Below, one piece after another: positions 1-13,245 of a stretch of 64,000 bases of DNA. Within the stretch, counting starts at the first letter, position 1; each line of letters starts with the position of its first letter. The DNA lies in the NCBI RefSeq assembly GCF_000150275.1, contig NW_002060946.1:7546829-7610828 (forward strand). The letters run 5' to 3'. Below the pieces are notes generated by a model. That model did not search any database, had not been told where the DNA came from, and worked only from the letters and a program-made list of their open reading frames with translations. A program made the translations under genes and the position numbers. The DNA comes from Trichoplax adhaerens. Taxonomy: Eukaryota > Animalia > Placozoa.

Positions 1-900
1 TAAGAGTATATACATGCAGTATACCGTATAATAAAGGAAGTTTTTTAAGATTAGTGTTTAACGTAAAAAACGAGGCATGTAAGTCTTTATGTACAGTAGT
101 ATACTAGTATAGGAAAATGTCCCTAATACAGTAGATATTGCTCCTTGTTACATGATTGAAGGGATTGATGTATTGATCGTACACTACTTTATCTTGTTGC
201 ACAGTTTTTTGCCACAGTAGTGTACAATCACTTGTAATTTAGAGCATTGTGATCAGTATAAATTTAAATAAATTCAATTTTAATATATGTTCTGAAATAT
301 ACACAAACACATAGATGTCACACACAAAGTCTTTTTATGTAGTATGGATTAACACGTTCACTGCCGCTGAAATTAGCTTTATTGCAACTTCATATTTGAA
401 GTAAAAAAATTAAAACTGCCTTTAATAACTTAAAACTGTGATTTACTTGTCAGATTTGTCATACTTTACATATATTCACTTGACGACCATAATTACTGAC
501 GATTTACCTATCATCAAATTTTGTTGATTAATTAGTATCTCATAATCGAGACTAAACTTTATTAAATGGTATTGGAAGTTGACAAATTATAAAACAGCTA
601 CACTAATATTATTTGCCGTTATACAGTAAATGTTGCAGCACCATGCACTTACCCATTACATAAAGCTACGTCTAATGTTATAGATAAAACATTATTAATA
701 ACAAATACCGAAATTTTATTACAGTATCTAACAAAAATTAAATAACTATTTGTCCTTGAGCTCTTTTCGCCACAAAATTGAATAAAAATTGTGTTAAAAT
801 ACCGATATATATTGCTGTAATCTTTGAATACAGTCTAGAATTTGCAACTATTACTCTCACTCAGCAGACCGCAATACAAGAAAGTAAGACACTGTCTTAC

Positions 901-1283
901 TTTGCAATATTATTTACGTTTAATAGTATCTTTCAGGTATTTCAGTAGCACTACTTCGTATATGTAGCAGCACTAGGTTGATATAATGTTACTTGATTTA
1001 TTTAAAATGGTGCTAGATTATTCATCATTAAGGGCGGGTTCGCCATAGATTAATTAGCTACATACGGTGGATTGTAGGCAAGCGCTTGTTGAATAATCGG
1101 AAGGGAACGAGGAGGAGGAAGATTATAATTATTATCAGTTGGCACAGGCTCTTTGGCATCTTGACCAGTGGCTTGTATGAAGAATACTTCTAGCTGTACG
1201 TGTCTATCTTCACTTCTCCAATTGCAGATATTAATTAATGCTGATTTTAGATTCGACTTTTTGATTTGAACAAGCAATCAAAT
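901..1283 (-). pseudogene. Decayed copy of scramblase exon 1 and its 5' flank (paralog of 15625-16170)
   Basis: Aligns by eye to ~15772-16170 (QDAKEPVPTDNNYNLPPP vs EDTKGPVPTDNDNYNPPPP). The ATG has become ATA, there is an in-frame TAA at 1050-1052 and an internal deletion. The exon-1 donor GTAAGAC is retained at 894-900. Confidence 0.85.
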
Positions 1284-1715
1284 ACACAATAAAAAAACAG
1301 TACATATCAAATCGCTCGGTTGAAAGCTACTCGTCTTTAGCGATATTGGAACCCTAAATTGGCTCTTAAAGTTTTTCAGGGATTTAAATTTAGCTAAAAT
1401 TACACTTAAGCAGACCCTTACAACCTTGAGTAATTGGCACTTGATGTTTCAATTTTATTTTACTTTTGCTGCCGTATTGAATTATAACATTACAATTGTA
1501 ATAACAACAATAATAATATCAATAACAGGCAGTAAAGTCAATACATTAAACGAAATGTATTTAAGAAGTGCCGAGATGAGAGTATACTAAACTTCGTATG
1601 TTTTAGCTCGGGAAACTATAGATTATATAGGATTAGAAATTTACTTCTCTGGGCAATGTCATACTATATCCTGCGTTATTATATTAGTACTATACTTTGT
1701 GCCGTCGGTCTACAT

Positions 1716-1927
1716 NNNNNNNNNNNNNNNNNNNNNNNNNNNNNNNNNNNNNNNNNNNNNNNNNNNNNNNNNNNNNNNNNNNNNNNNNNNNNNNNNNNNN
1801 NNNNNNNNNNNNNNNNNNNNNNNNNNNNNNNNNNNNNNNNNNNNNNNNNNNNNNNNNNNNNNNNNNNNNNNNNNNNNNNNNNNNNNNNNNNNNNNNNNNN
1901 NNNNNNNNNNNNNNNNNNNNNNNNNNN
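1716..1927. other. Assembly gap (212 N)
   Basis: Run of N; ORFs spanning it are artefacts. Confidence 1.
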
Positions 1928-1930
1928 TGC

Positions 1931-2188
1931 GTCGTCAAAATATCAATCGGCATTCTATAACGGCTCCATTAATCTGTACTCTCAGGGATGCTCATCAGTG
2001 AATAAGTGATTGCAACTTCAACTACAGATTCGATAAAAATGATAATGTAAGCATCGTATAATTTCTTAGTCAAGAATCGACTTTGTCAACCTTTGAATCA
2101 TCAAAATATCAATTGGCATTCTATAACGGCTCTATTAATCTATATTCTCAGGGGATGCTCATCAGTGAATAAGTGATTGCAACTTCAG
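1931..2188. repeat. Direct repeat, two ~90-bp copies (1931-2020, 2098-2187), period ~167 bp, next to the gap
   Basis: tcaaaatatcaat(c/t)ggcattctataacggctc...ctcatcagtgaataagtgattgcaacttca occurs twice. Confidence 0.9.
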
Positions 2189-2717
2189 CGATGCATAAAG
2201 CGATGAGAATAATTAGCTTCAGCAGTATGATGCATTCGATTACGGTATTGAGTGTAGCCAGTGCTACTTGAATGGCCATAGCGGTTATGGGCCATTCGAT
2301 TAAACTGAAATTTCGCAATCAGTAAATGATCCTAGATATATTGAAGCGAAATTTTAAGAATTATTTCATACTACAATTTCTTGTAGCAGTTCGCACTACT
2401 CTAACGAACAGCTTAAAAGGACAGATAGAACGATAATTATAATACTTACCAGTATAGTTGCAAATCCGACGAGCATAGCTTTGAGATTAGGATGCAGATC
2501 CATCGGGACTAAGACAAAGTTATTAAGAAAAAATTGGCGTTAAAGGAACTACTATATATTTTAATTATGATAGTTTTTAGAAGACATAACACTAGAAATG
2601 CCATATTTATGCTTCACTCGATTCTCGTACAATTGACTTCCATATCGCATTGATATCTTTCCATAGTAGGGAAATATTTCCCATACTGCCAATTTCTGTA
2701 CCACTTTTAGAAATAAT
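2185..2717 (-). pseudogene. Last three exons of a third scramblase paralog; 5' exons not found
   Basis: Exons 2717-2631 (IISKSGTEIGSMG...DMEVN, needs a 1-nt frameshift), 2508-2450 (FPMDLHPNLKAMLVGFATIL) and 2331-2185 (DHLLIAKFQF...*). GT-AG borders match the positions in the intact paralog (FPMDLDVKNKALMMGAGILI|DYMLF). Confidence 0.8.
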
Positions 2718-2856
2718 CTAGCGTTTAAAATGTGCGGTTATAATCATTAATTTTGGAAATTAAAAGCCGAGATATAAATGTAGAAGTCTAGATGGTCCAA
2801 TGAGTAGTTTGTGCTTAACATTATCGTGACGAATGTGATGATAATCTTGTCAATCT

Positions 2857-3548
2857 TGTCCGTAATCTTAATATAAATTATTATAATGATATATTATTTT
2901 GGATTTTAACAGGACTACATGCTATTTCAGCGAGTTATGGCTAATAATAATCGTCGTTAGTTATAGTCGACTTGATTTAATATAACATAATTGACTATAC
3001 TTAGTGCAATGAATGTAAAGATTATTTTATAATTGCATATAAGCTCGAAACAGGTCATTACTGCACATAGTATACGGTGCATTATATCCTCTTTTAAATT
3101 TATTTACCGGTATTACATGAGGTAACTCTAATGTGACGTATTTCATGATGTAATTAGTATAGTTTCACAGATAAATATTGTAAAGTCCATCTGCATTGGT
3201 ACTCCCTCTTAACGGAACGCTCTTAGTTGATTAATTAATTCCTAGCGTATAGATGTCTCACGAACGAAAGCTGATATTAAGACATATTCTTTGCCAGCTA
3301 CGAAATTCTACGATTTAACTAAAATCTTCTTAGTAGCGTAGATTGTATCAGGACATGTAATAATTAATTAATTGGCAGAGTAAGGAGTAAGAATATAAGA
3401 TCTATGAGTTTGGGTATGAAGCTTAACATGAAGAGGAATGCTTTAATACAATGTATAAGAGCTTCAAATTACCCAACTTGAAGTTTAATAACGGATACAC
3501 TCTCGACGCTATCAATCGTACCTAATTTGTAGCAACAGTTCGTCATAC
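2857..3548 (+). repeat. Inverted near-identical copy of 12554-13245 (scramblase last intron end, last exon at 2913-2960, 3' flank)
   Basis: Reverse complement matches 12554-13245 over ~690 bp with scattered substitutions. Confidence 0.97.
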
Positions 3549-4365
3549 CAATAGCATATAATAGCTAAAATTCGAATACTATACTAGCATTATCTAGGAG
3601 TTGAGAGTACCGATTTTGATTGAATATTGCATAAAACAATAAACCAATTACATAGGGTAACGATGATGACACCTGCACGATAGTTGCGATTATAAAAGTT
3701 CGGAGAACGCTCCTATTACGATAGTTTTTAGACTCAAAATCATTTATGACAGTACTATTATCGGATATTTGATTGTATAGTCGAATGCCAATACGCCTAT
3801 AATTTCTTCGCTTGACCAATATCGGAATCGTATAGATAAGCAGCAATGTACAAGAAGAATAGATAACATTAAAAGTATAACCATATGGATAGCTAGCATC
3901 ACAGGATCTCATTTTAAAATTATATGATCCAGCTAGAAATATAGTTAAAGCACATACTACACTGATTAACAACGATAATATGATAATGCTTGTACAGTGT
4001 TCAGGTATTACCGAATTTCGAATTGTTAGAGGAATTGTAACAAATTTTAATCGATAAATGCTTATTACTGTTAAGCTTAAAACGGATACATTAGTTGATG
4101 CAGTATAAATTCTTTGTGATATTTTACGTATGACATCACCTGTAAATTTAGACATAGGCTCACCAGCCAGTGCAATGATAGCAAAAATAAATATCTGGAT
4201 AGAAGAAATAATATCAGATTTTGAAACATTTGTGATAAAATCATAAGACTTTTCTTGCAGATTTTGAGCCGACACCAGAATTACTACTAGAATACTATTA
4301 CTGACAAATGTCACTGTTCAAAAAAGATACTGTATAATCATGTTACACAGTAAAGCACCATCCAT
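3549..4365 (-). pseudogene. Intronless rhodopsin-class GPCR pseudogene
   Basis: Hydrophobic helices; TM3 LSLTVISIYRLKFVTIP (DRY variant) and TM6 IATIVQVSSSLPY. The ATG at 4365 is followed by an in-frame TGA (4318-4320) in TM1. TAG at 3565 falls in the TM7 region, and the gene is cut by the duplication junction at 3548. Confidence 0.7.
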
Positions 4366-6271
4366 GTTAATGAAGTAGATTTCGTTATGTAGCTATACGC
4401 GGTGAGTAGTAATTATGAATATCAAACAGATTACGTTTAGATTTTACCGTATTAACGGAAGGCTAAACTATCTACAGTAATGAAGACAAGACTGCATTTT
4501 TCTTTATATCCAATACCATAACATGTTTAGTTATCCTCACAATTAGTGAACATCAATTCATAAATACTACGCATCATGCAGTATTCAAAAAATCGACTGT
4601 TACTACTATTCAAGAATGGCTAATATTGGCAATCAACATTTTCTAAAATTATCGACGTTATTGTATCCAATATTAGTGACCCAAGTATATCATTGCTACG
4701 GAGCAAATTACTGCACATCTTAATTAAGTACAGTCTTATCCCTGTGTGACCGTAAGTAGTACAGAATTACCACACAGTAGACCTCCGGGTGTAGTGGAGA
4801 TAGGAATAAGTAATCTATTAATTTAGAGTAGCAGTTCGCAAGTTAAGCTTGTGACAATCACATATAGTCATCAACTTAATCAAATATAAGGCGACTCTCA
4901 ATAGATGTTACAACTTTGTACGACTTCGGCGTTTTTACTAGCAAGATATTTTTAGTACAATTTATGCTTATTAAAATATATAATTTTCCTTATTACTATT
5001 GACCACTATTAAAATCGTGTTTTCTTTGAAAAATATTGAAAAATCTTCTAAACTTGCACCCTCAGTAAGTATTTTTAAATAAATAACGACATCAATAAAA
5101 GAAACAATAATATTATATGTACTAATTGAGAAAATAATTGTAAATAGTGGTCATTTGCATTTAGTATTTTTAAATTATAATAGGCTGCTGAGGCAAAGCA
5201 TTTGGGTTATGATGATTTATTTATGGTCTTGACAAATGGAATTGGCGAGCCACTTTATAGTGATTGACTGTAATACGCAGAACAAAGCTGAATATTAGAT
5301 AATATAATCAGAAAGCCAAATTTATATATTCAAGCTCAGCTATTTACATTACGCTATATGCGAGTATATAAATATCTAACTTAATAAATGCATGCACACT
5401 TCCAAGCACTACACACGAAAATTGAAATACTATACCCTGTTGAAGCATGGAGAACTAATTATATTAAAATGTGCAACCGTTGTATTCCACAGTAGAGTAT
5501 ATTAAGCATTCTGATAATAATTAAAAAATTTTACTTCGATATTAAGCTCATGGTGCACCAAAAATGTTTCGATATTGTACACGTTATTGTAAAAAACTCC
5601 TCTGATATGTAAACTAAGAAAGAGTCTGTAATACAAGAATCTTAACTATTCTGTTTATCCAACCTGAATCTAATTCTGACAAAATAATTGTCTCAAATCA
5701 AGATAGAATTAAAAATAGCTTTCATAATAGAGTTGAAAAAGTAAAATAATGATGAATTGTTTTTAAAATTCTAATTTTAGAGTAGCCTGAGCTCTGGAAA
5801 GGTAGAATAAACACCAATAGCTTGTCTGTGGTTCTAAAATACTTTAAATTTAATCTATTTTAATGATTTTGCAATAAAGTTGCATACGATCAGACGTGAG
5901 CCATCGAATAGAATACTTCATTTCAAATCCATGTATTTTACCAAACGAATCAATTAACTTAAAAATATCATTCCTGCTGTATTGATGCTTCATAACTTGC
6001 GAACTACCGTGAATGATTATAGTGGATATTGGCGGTTAAGTACATATAGTATAAAAGATAATATTTTAGTGGCGACCTATCTTTATTTTAACTAATGAGT
6101 TTAGTACCTCAAAACGACGTTACTGAATTGAAAATTACTAGTGTACGATACAAAATAAATATCACACTACTGTACAGTAAGTATTACACGCTGATATCTA
6201 TTATATTGAAATAATTTTGTCCCTGTATTCGTGTGTAATTTTTAGTACATACTGAAAGTAAAACATTGAAG

Positions 6272-6430
6272 TATACTAGCAGGAAATTAACTGAAGCCGA
6301 AAAGAATTATTCTACGGTAGAGAAAGAGTATCTAGCAGTGATTTGGGGAATAAGAACTTTCTGAGTGTATCTGGGAGGACGTCCCTTTACAATTATTACT
6401 GACCATCAACCCCTGTTGTAGCTACATAAT
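6272..6430 (+). mobile_element. Ty3/Gypsy LTR-retrotransposon RNase H relic
   Basis: Translates [51 protein letters not shown], the canonical Gypsy RNase H motif set (SRKL..AE.NYS..EKE.LA..W / YL.G..F...TDH.PL). Stops at 6362 and 6419. Not in the ORF track. Confidence 0.92.
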
Positions 6431-6445
6431 CCAGTAGCCTGACAG

Positions 6446-6997
6446 CATAGCCCAATGTGTTCAATTGCTTCATTTTTAATTGGAATATCAAGCCTCAAAT
6501 CAACGTTTATCCTCTTCCTAGTTACTTTAGACAGATATTTATACTTATTGTATCCTTTCTGTCATATTTGTTTACCCTATACAGTAACTCGTGTTGCTTT
6601 AATATTACTCTCGTTGATTTCTGTAAGCTATGTAGGATTACCCGTTATCTTCGGTGTTAATCAAAACAAATCATTCCGTTTGCATGTAACTAATAGCGTA
6701 TGTATTCCAGGCAATATTGAAAACAGATATCTATTCATATGGTTAATATCATATCGCGCCATTACTTTCTTTGTGTAGATTGTAATAGCTATCATGTACA
6801 TTATAATAATGATTTCACAGACAAAGGCTCGTAAAGATGCTAAACGTCCACTTTTTAAAACTGACAAAATTGTTGGAGCTAAAATGATCACTATTGTAAT
6901 AACTGATCTTATTTGCTGGTTACCTATGTATGTGATATTGCTTAAGGCTGCAGTCGGATTGGGACTTGTGAAACTTATTATTATTATAATTAGTTGA
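6446..6997 (+). pseudogene. Fragment (TM3-TM6) of an LGR/RXFP/GRL101-type GPCR
   Basis: CSIASFL...VTLDRY...YPF, NSVCIP and ITDLICWLP motifs. ORFs 6455-6778 and 6794-6997 are in frame and separated by a TAG. TM1-2 and TM7 are absent. Confidence 0.8.
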
Positions 6998-9076
6998 AAT
7001 CACTGCAAATTTGAATACTTTTATAACGGTCGGTTTGATTAGCGAGTACTGTTTAACGTGATACAAGTCACAATGATGCAGCTTAAATTACTGGAAAGGT
7101 ATTATTTTATGTGATAATTGAGTTGAAATGCATGGAATAAATTAAGAAATTTCATGCGCTTTTTACAGAAAAAAATGAAATGTCTCCGTAATCTGACCAA
7201 TTAATATTTTAGAACTCTCTAGTTAGAAGGTACGCTTTGCACTACTCCAGTATACATGAAATAATGTATAAGAAATTGCATCAGCAAAATGTACTTTCAT
7301 ACCTTTTATTAACACTTTTGTATTTAATTTTGCGTACGATCATAATAAGTAGAAGCTATAGGTGGCAATATCAAAAAGTCACAGATAGCACTGAAACTCT
7401 TAATTATATCTATCTTTTTCTTTATAATCTAAATAAAAATCTAATACAATCGAGAGTTCTTGGCTTCACATCATCGATCTCTTGGATAGCTGCCACTAAA
7501 AAGACGGAGATCATTACGCACTATATCTATCGGACATCTTAATATCTACCGTCAATATTATGCTATATTGTAACTTATCGACCTTCAATAAACTGCTATA
7601 ATCGTATTCTATCGATCAGATATACTCTTACGAAATTATGAAGTGCTTATCTGATAATAACGATGAAATTTTATTCCGAGCGGTATTTCCACCTCGATAA
7701 GTACGGGTATCTTCAGCATTTATATTATCCGTAGTTTGGAAGCTAATGCATTAACAATGATTGATGAGTATCTGCAGTTCTTGTTTTCGCTAAGGCGTAG
7801 CGTATCTACTGTATGTTTTTATTGTTACTATAAGTTAGCGTATTTAATGGAGGGCATTTTATGCAGAGATTACGTATATAGTTCTTTCATAGAGATAGTT
7901 TACTAAATCGCAGAATGAAATAAGTTAATTTTAGATCATTTTTCCTAAGTTAATTAACAATTAATGTTAATAATAAGTATTTAGAATAGTTATACATAAA
8001 ATATTCACTATAATAATAAATCTTTATATACAATCAGCGCCTAATTTTAAATTGTTGAAATTGATCATGGTCCTGTGATCAAATTAAGAGCTAGCTTACC
8101 TTAAATAAGTGGCAGTACATATCGTTAGCAAATTATTTGTGCAAGTTTAGTTTATCTGTAACTATATAATATCTAGTCATAGATAAAAGATATTGAAAAT
8201 TTGTAGCCACAATTTCTCTCTAAAATCAGTGTTATAAGGTCGTCATATTAAATGTTATACATGTTAACATTATCCTATATTCTGTACAACAAAAGCTGCT
8301 TATAGTTTAGAAATTGTAGGGCATACATAGTGGTGAAATAATGCAAGTATATTAAAAAAACCGTGTTGGTTAAAAATATTAATCAGTAAAGAGCAGCTAC
8401 TTTTATAAATTCATTACTGTATCCAGTCAAGTTAAGGCTCTATTATAAAATACTGCTAAGTCGCATTTTACTTCAGTAATTTCAACTAGCCTATTCTACA
8501 ACTAAGTTGTCATATTATAAGAATTACAAGTAATAAAATCTTTTATCTATAATGTAGACCTCTAAGATATCAAGATATACGTAAAAGTTAATGAGATATT
8601 AATCTTTTTAAAATTTTGTCTCTGACGACGTTTGGTGCCATTCTGCGATCACTTGTACATATTTTAGAGTAGGCATGACAAATTCTTTAGCCTTGGCAAG
8701 GTCTACTGTTGCTTAGTTGAATCCACTAGCTAGCATTAATTGTGAATTCTATAGCAATTTAATTAATCATTAAATTTGCTATTTAAAACATTTTAAATAA
8801 AATCATTATTAAGGCTGAAAGAGCACAGTAACAAATCTGATGTTCGAGCGTACGTATGCTGTCTAAGAAGCCAATATACGAAGATACCATTTCCTTTGTA
8901 CTAAAGTTACAAAAATTGAAGAAATTTTCAAATGATATGAATTCTAAATTGTTCACCAAACTTTTAGGTGTAAAGTAATGAATCTATGTGCAACGAGTGG
9001 GAATCTTCATGCATACTTTTAGCAACCTATACATTATTACTGTCATTTTCTTGATCAACGTATGCCATGAGTTAAT

Positions 9077-12000
9077 TTAACACTTTCTGCCTTGATCTTT
9101 TCTTTGAAAGCGTAGTAGGTCCTAATTTAGTAATTTAGTGAAATTATACGGTCTTAGTGTTAATATAAAGACATATATTACGTTAAAGTTTTATTACAAA
9201 TAGTGGTCCACGATACGGGCTAATAGTTATTTCTTAGCATTGATAGAATGTATGAATTAACAATATTTCAAGCCTCAAAAAGTATTCTAATGAATTATAA
9301 ACTACGAAAAATACATACTATTTGCAAACTTGCTGCTATCATTGTTGCTTTTAAATTAACGTCCAGATTCTTTGGAACTAGGTGATTCAATTACAAATAT
9401 TAAGAATAACTTGATTACTATTAGTAGGCGTTCCACTCTTGAGTAAATATGTACATCAAATGAAAGTTAATAGTATTAGCGATTGCGGTTAAATTTTCTC
9501 TGTATTAGTCAGTAATTTTTTAAACTACCGAATGATGCAGTTTACATTTAATAGGATAGAAGAATAAATGCAATTTACCATTAATTTCAATAAAATCTTC
9601 AGAAGGCAATCGCTGAGATCCAGACCAACTTTTTTTCATATTACCAATAACTCCATTATTTTCATGGCAAATTATCTGCATAAATGTAGTAAGTAAAGCT
9701 TGTTATTTCTAGCAATAACGATTATTAGTTAAAAATTACTTTAAACCGAGAAGGTTATTGTTATTATTACCTGAAAATCATAGAGTTTTGGGCCCGTAAT
9801 GCAAGAGCAAATTCCTAATGGCCCTCGTATACGGATTAATTTATTTCCCGTTCCATCGAGCACGTCATAACTTGGGCCCATTCCAGTTCTACCATAAATT
9901 AAATTGAACAACATTAAATTCCCGTTGCATACGGTGTTTGTCTGAAAATGTAAATGTTTTGACCTTATTTATGAATTTTAATACATTTACGCCTTATTTC
10001 AAATGATGATAGCGGCAAAATTAAAAAAAAAATAGGTTGATTATACTGTACTAACCTTCGAACGTATGCAATAGCTCCACTTGATGGCACTTGTATAGTC
10101 AACTGCTGTTGGATTGGATCTTTGCGGCAAACACAATGTGGGAGAGGAGCTTTTTTTATATGGATTATCTCCTTTTCTGATCCATCTCTAAGTGTAATAC
10201 TAATTGGGCGACCTGAATTATTAGAACGTCTTGGCTGTCTCTCTAAAGAAAATAAATCAATCTTCGAACGTTATGGTTCATGGAATATTATTATTATCTT
10301 GATCAATTTAGGAAGGCTATTGCAGTATTATGCCGTTGTAACTATTAATTTGCACAGGCTTCTAAGTAAGGATGATAGATGTGCTTGGTAATTCGCTTCA
10401 GCAATTAATTTAATGCATAGACTTAAAAATCATTCATACCTGCCACAGCAATATATATTAATTGGCCTTGCTTATTTAAAACGTTATACATATCAGCGGT
10501 ATCTAATATTGAAAGAAAGATACATGCCATGCATTTAAATCATGGATGATATCATTTCAACTGGTTATTTCAATTCATACCTCCCACCTCTCCTAATTGT
10601 TGGCGTATTAAAATTTGATCGAGATAGACCAAATACTCGAAACCTGAAAGACAATGTATGGGTGTTTCTGGAAACGGCATCCATTCGTTCGGCAGTTGTA
10701 TCTGCTCGCTTACATTGACTGATTGTTGATTTAAAATAGGAGGGTAAGGATAACTTGACTGTTGGGTATTAGTCCCTGCATATCCAGAATCGTTTGGCGG
10801 CTGTAGGGTTGCATTTGCTTGACTAATGATACTAGGCTCATGCATCGAAGAGGGTTGCGTACTATCATAATTTTGATTGCTTATTTGAGATATCGCAGGA
10901 TCTACCGCTCGTTGCATCACTGGCTGTTGATTGTTACCTCCTTGTGTTTGAGATATCTCAGGATCTACCGCTTGTTGCATCACTAGTTGTTGATTGTTGC
11001 CTCCTTGTGGTGGTTGATTTGCCAAACATTGAAGATAATTACTAGTTTGCTGCGATTCTTGACCAATCTGACCATGATATTGGGATTGATTTAGATTTGA
11101 TTGCGAAACACCTGGTGACTGAGGAATGACTAGTAGGGGACGATTTTGTTTCTGTACTAGAAATGATTGAGCAATAGCTCCTTGCTGAATGATTACAGGT
11201 TGGGCGCTGCCTAGTTGCGTAGCCGGTACACTGTCTACGGGTTGTGTATTTAGTGGTTGGGAAATTAAGATAGGCTGAAGATTGGGCTGATGTTGAACTG
11301 GAATTGCTCGTGCATAAGACTGTTGTGGTAGGATCGTGGCCTGAGGTTCTGAGCTATAATTTTGTATGGATGATGATTGCGGAAGAACTATTCAAGAGGC
11401 TTGAACGATTGCTGGCGAGTTTAAATTTTTTCTACTCTGAATCATTATTGGCTGCATACTATACGTTGGTTGTTGCTGAATTAGTATTGACTGAATACTG
11501 TCGTAACTTAATGGCTTCTGAAGAATAGTAGGTTGAGTAATATAAATTGGTTGCTAAATATCTGAGGTTGTCAATTGTTGTGAAGTAGGTATTGAACTAG
11601 AGGTACTGATGGGCTACAAAGCTTCGGTGGAGATATTTGAATTTCTTTGTGGATTTGAAATAATAGCAAGAGGAATTGATTCGCTACTTAATGACTGATT
11701 AGTATGAGCAGCAGGATGAAAATTAGGACGCTGCTGAATCGTAGACTCTATCACTCCACCATCATGTTGGGGCTGACTTTGAGAAAATGCTGAATTATTC
11801 TCGGAACGATGTTCATCAGCAGATATATCGATATCTCTACTGTTTTGATTCGTTTCAATAGCAGTGGATGATTCTCCGTCAATTTGAAATTCTTGTGGTG
11901 TAGGTGTATTATCATTAATTTGATTTGGGGAGTCATTATGATATCTTATTGATGATAGTCGATAGAACTACAGTCGCCGAATGGTCATTATTTTCTGAAG

Positions 12001-12142
12001 AACGTATTGTTGGAAATGTGGAATTGTAACTTGGTGGCCTTTGACGATTCTTCGTTGATTGAGCGGCAGAACTATTTTCTAATGTATTTTCACTTCCATA
12101 AGATAATTCATGTGAGGTAGGGATAGAATCCATTTCTGCCAT
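9077..12142 (-). CDS. Phospholipid scramblase paralog 2: 7 exons, intact domain, decayed long N-terminal extension; first usable ATG probably 10980
   Basis: Exons (..-10581), ~10502-10440, ~10242-10056, ~9888-9771, ~9675-9579, ~9377-9319 and ~9121-9077 splice in frame with GT-AG: GFEYLVYLDQILIRQ..MYNVLNKQGQLIY..RPISITLRDGSEKEII..IRGPLGICSC..GNMKKSWSG..PKNLDVNLKATMIAASLQIDLLRFQ. Confidence 0.8.
10885..11010 (-). repeat. 63-bp (21-aa) coding tandem duplication QGGNNQQxVMQxAVDPxISQ x2
   Basis: Visible in ORF 10570..11025. Confidence 0.9.
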
Positions 12143-12553
12143 CTTAAGTACGGTACTTTATGGACTTATGTTGATTTCATTCCATGGCGTTATTCATTAT
12201 AATACTGTTAGTTATATTTATATGACGTGCTTATGCCCCTGAAATTTTTTAGACGTTCTAGATTAATTATTGATTAGTAGAGGTAGTTACTCAATTGTTA
12301 TATTTAGAAGTCTATAATGCCTGCAAGGTGGCAAACATATGTTGATCATTTAGTAGTTATCTAAATTGGCTCTATCTACTATTGTCTGTTAATTTATCGT
12401 TTCTTTTTGATACCAGCTTATAACGTAATACTTTGGAGGAATTTGAATTCTATATTTTATTTCGAACATCAGTTTATTCGATGCCTACATGCTGACTAGC
12501 CAGTCAGCGTCGGTATCTTAAATAATCAGTACCAAAAATGAGTGCGAGCACAA

Positions 12554-13245
12554 GTATGACAAACTGTGCTATAAATTAGGTATGATTGATAGCGTCGAGA
12601 GTGTATCCGTTATTAAAGTTCAAGTTGGGTAATTTGAAGCTCTTATACATTGTATTAAAGCATTCCTCTTCACGTTAAGCTTCATACCCAAACTCATAGA
12701 TCTTATATTCGTACTCCTTACTCTGCCAATTAATTAACTATTACATGTCCTGATACAATCTACGCTACTAAGAAGATTTTAGTTAAATCGTAGAATTTCG
12801 TAGCTGGCAAAGAATATGTCTTAATATCAGCTTTCGTTCGTGAGACATCTATACGCTAGGAATTAATTAATCAACTAAGAGCGTTCCGTTAAGAGGGGAG
12901 TACCAATGCAGATGGACTTTACAATATTTATCTGTGAAACTATACTAATTACATCATGAAATACGTCACATTAGAGTTACCTCATGTAATACCGGTAAAT
13001 AAATTTAAAAGAGAATATAATGCACCGTATACTATGTGCAGTAATGACCTGTTTCGAGCTTATATGCAATTATAAAATAATTTTTACATTTATTGCACTA
13101 AGCATAGTCAATTATGTTATACTAAATCAAGTCGACTATAACTAACGACGATTATTATTAGCCATTACTCGCTGAAATAGCATGTAGTCCTGTTAAAATC
13201 CAAAATAATATATCATTATAATAATTTATATTAAGATTACGGACA
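12554..13245 (-). repeat. Source copy of the inverted duplication (3' end of scramblase paralog 1)
   Basis: See 2857-3548; this copy is continuous with the intact gene. Confidence 0.95.

Noticed and set aside
1656-2009. ORFs of 87-117 aa
   Set aside because: They span the N gap.
7237-7750. Possible third decayed GPCR on the plus strand
   Set aside because: Only vague hydrophobic stretches; no diagnostic motif.
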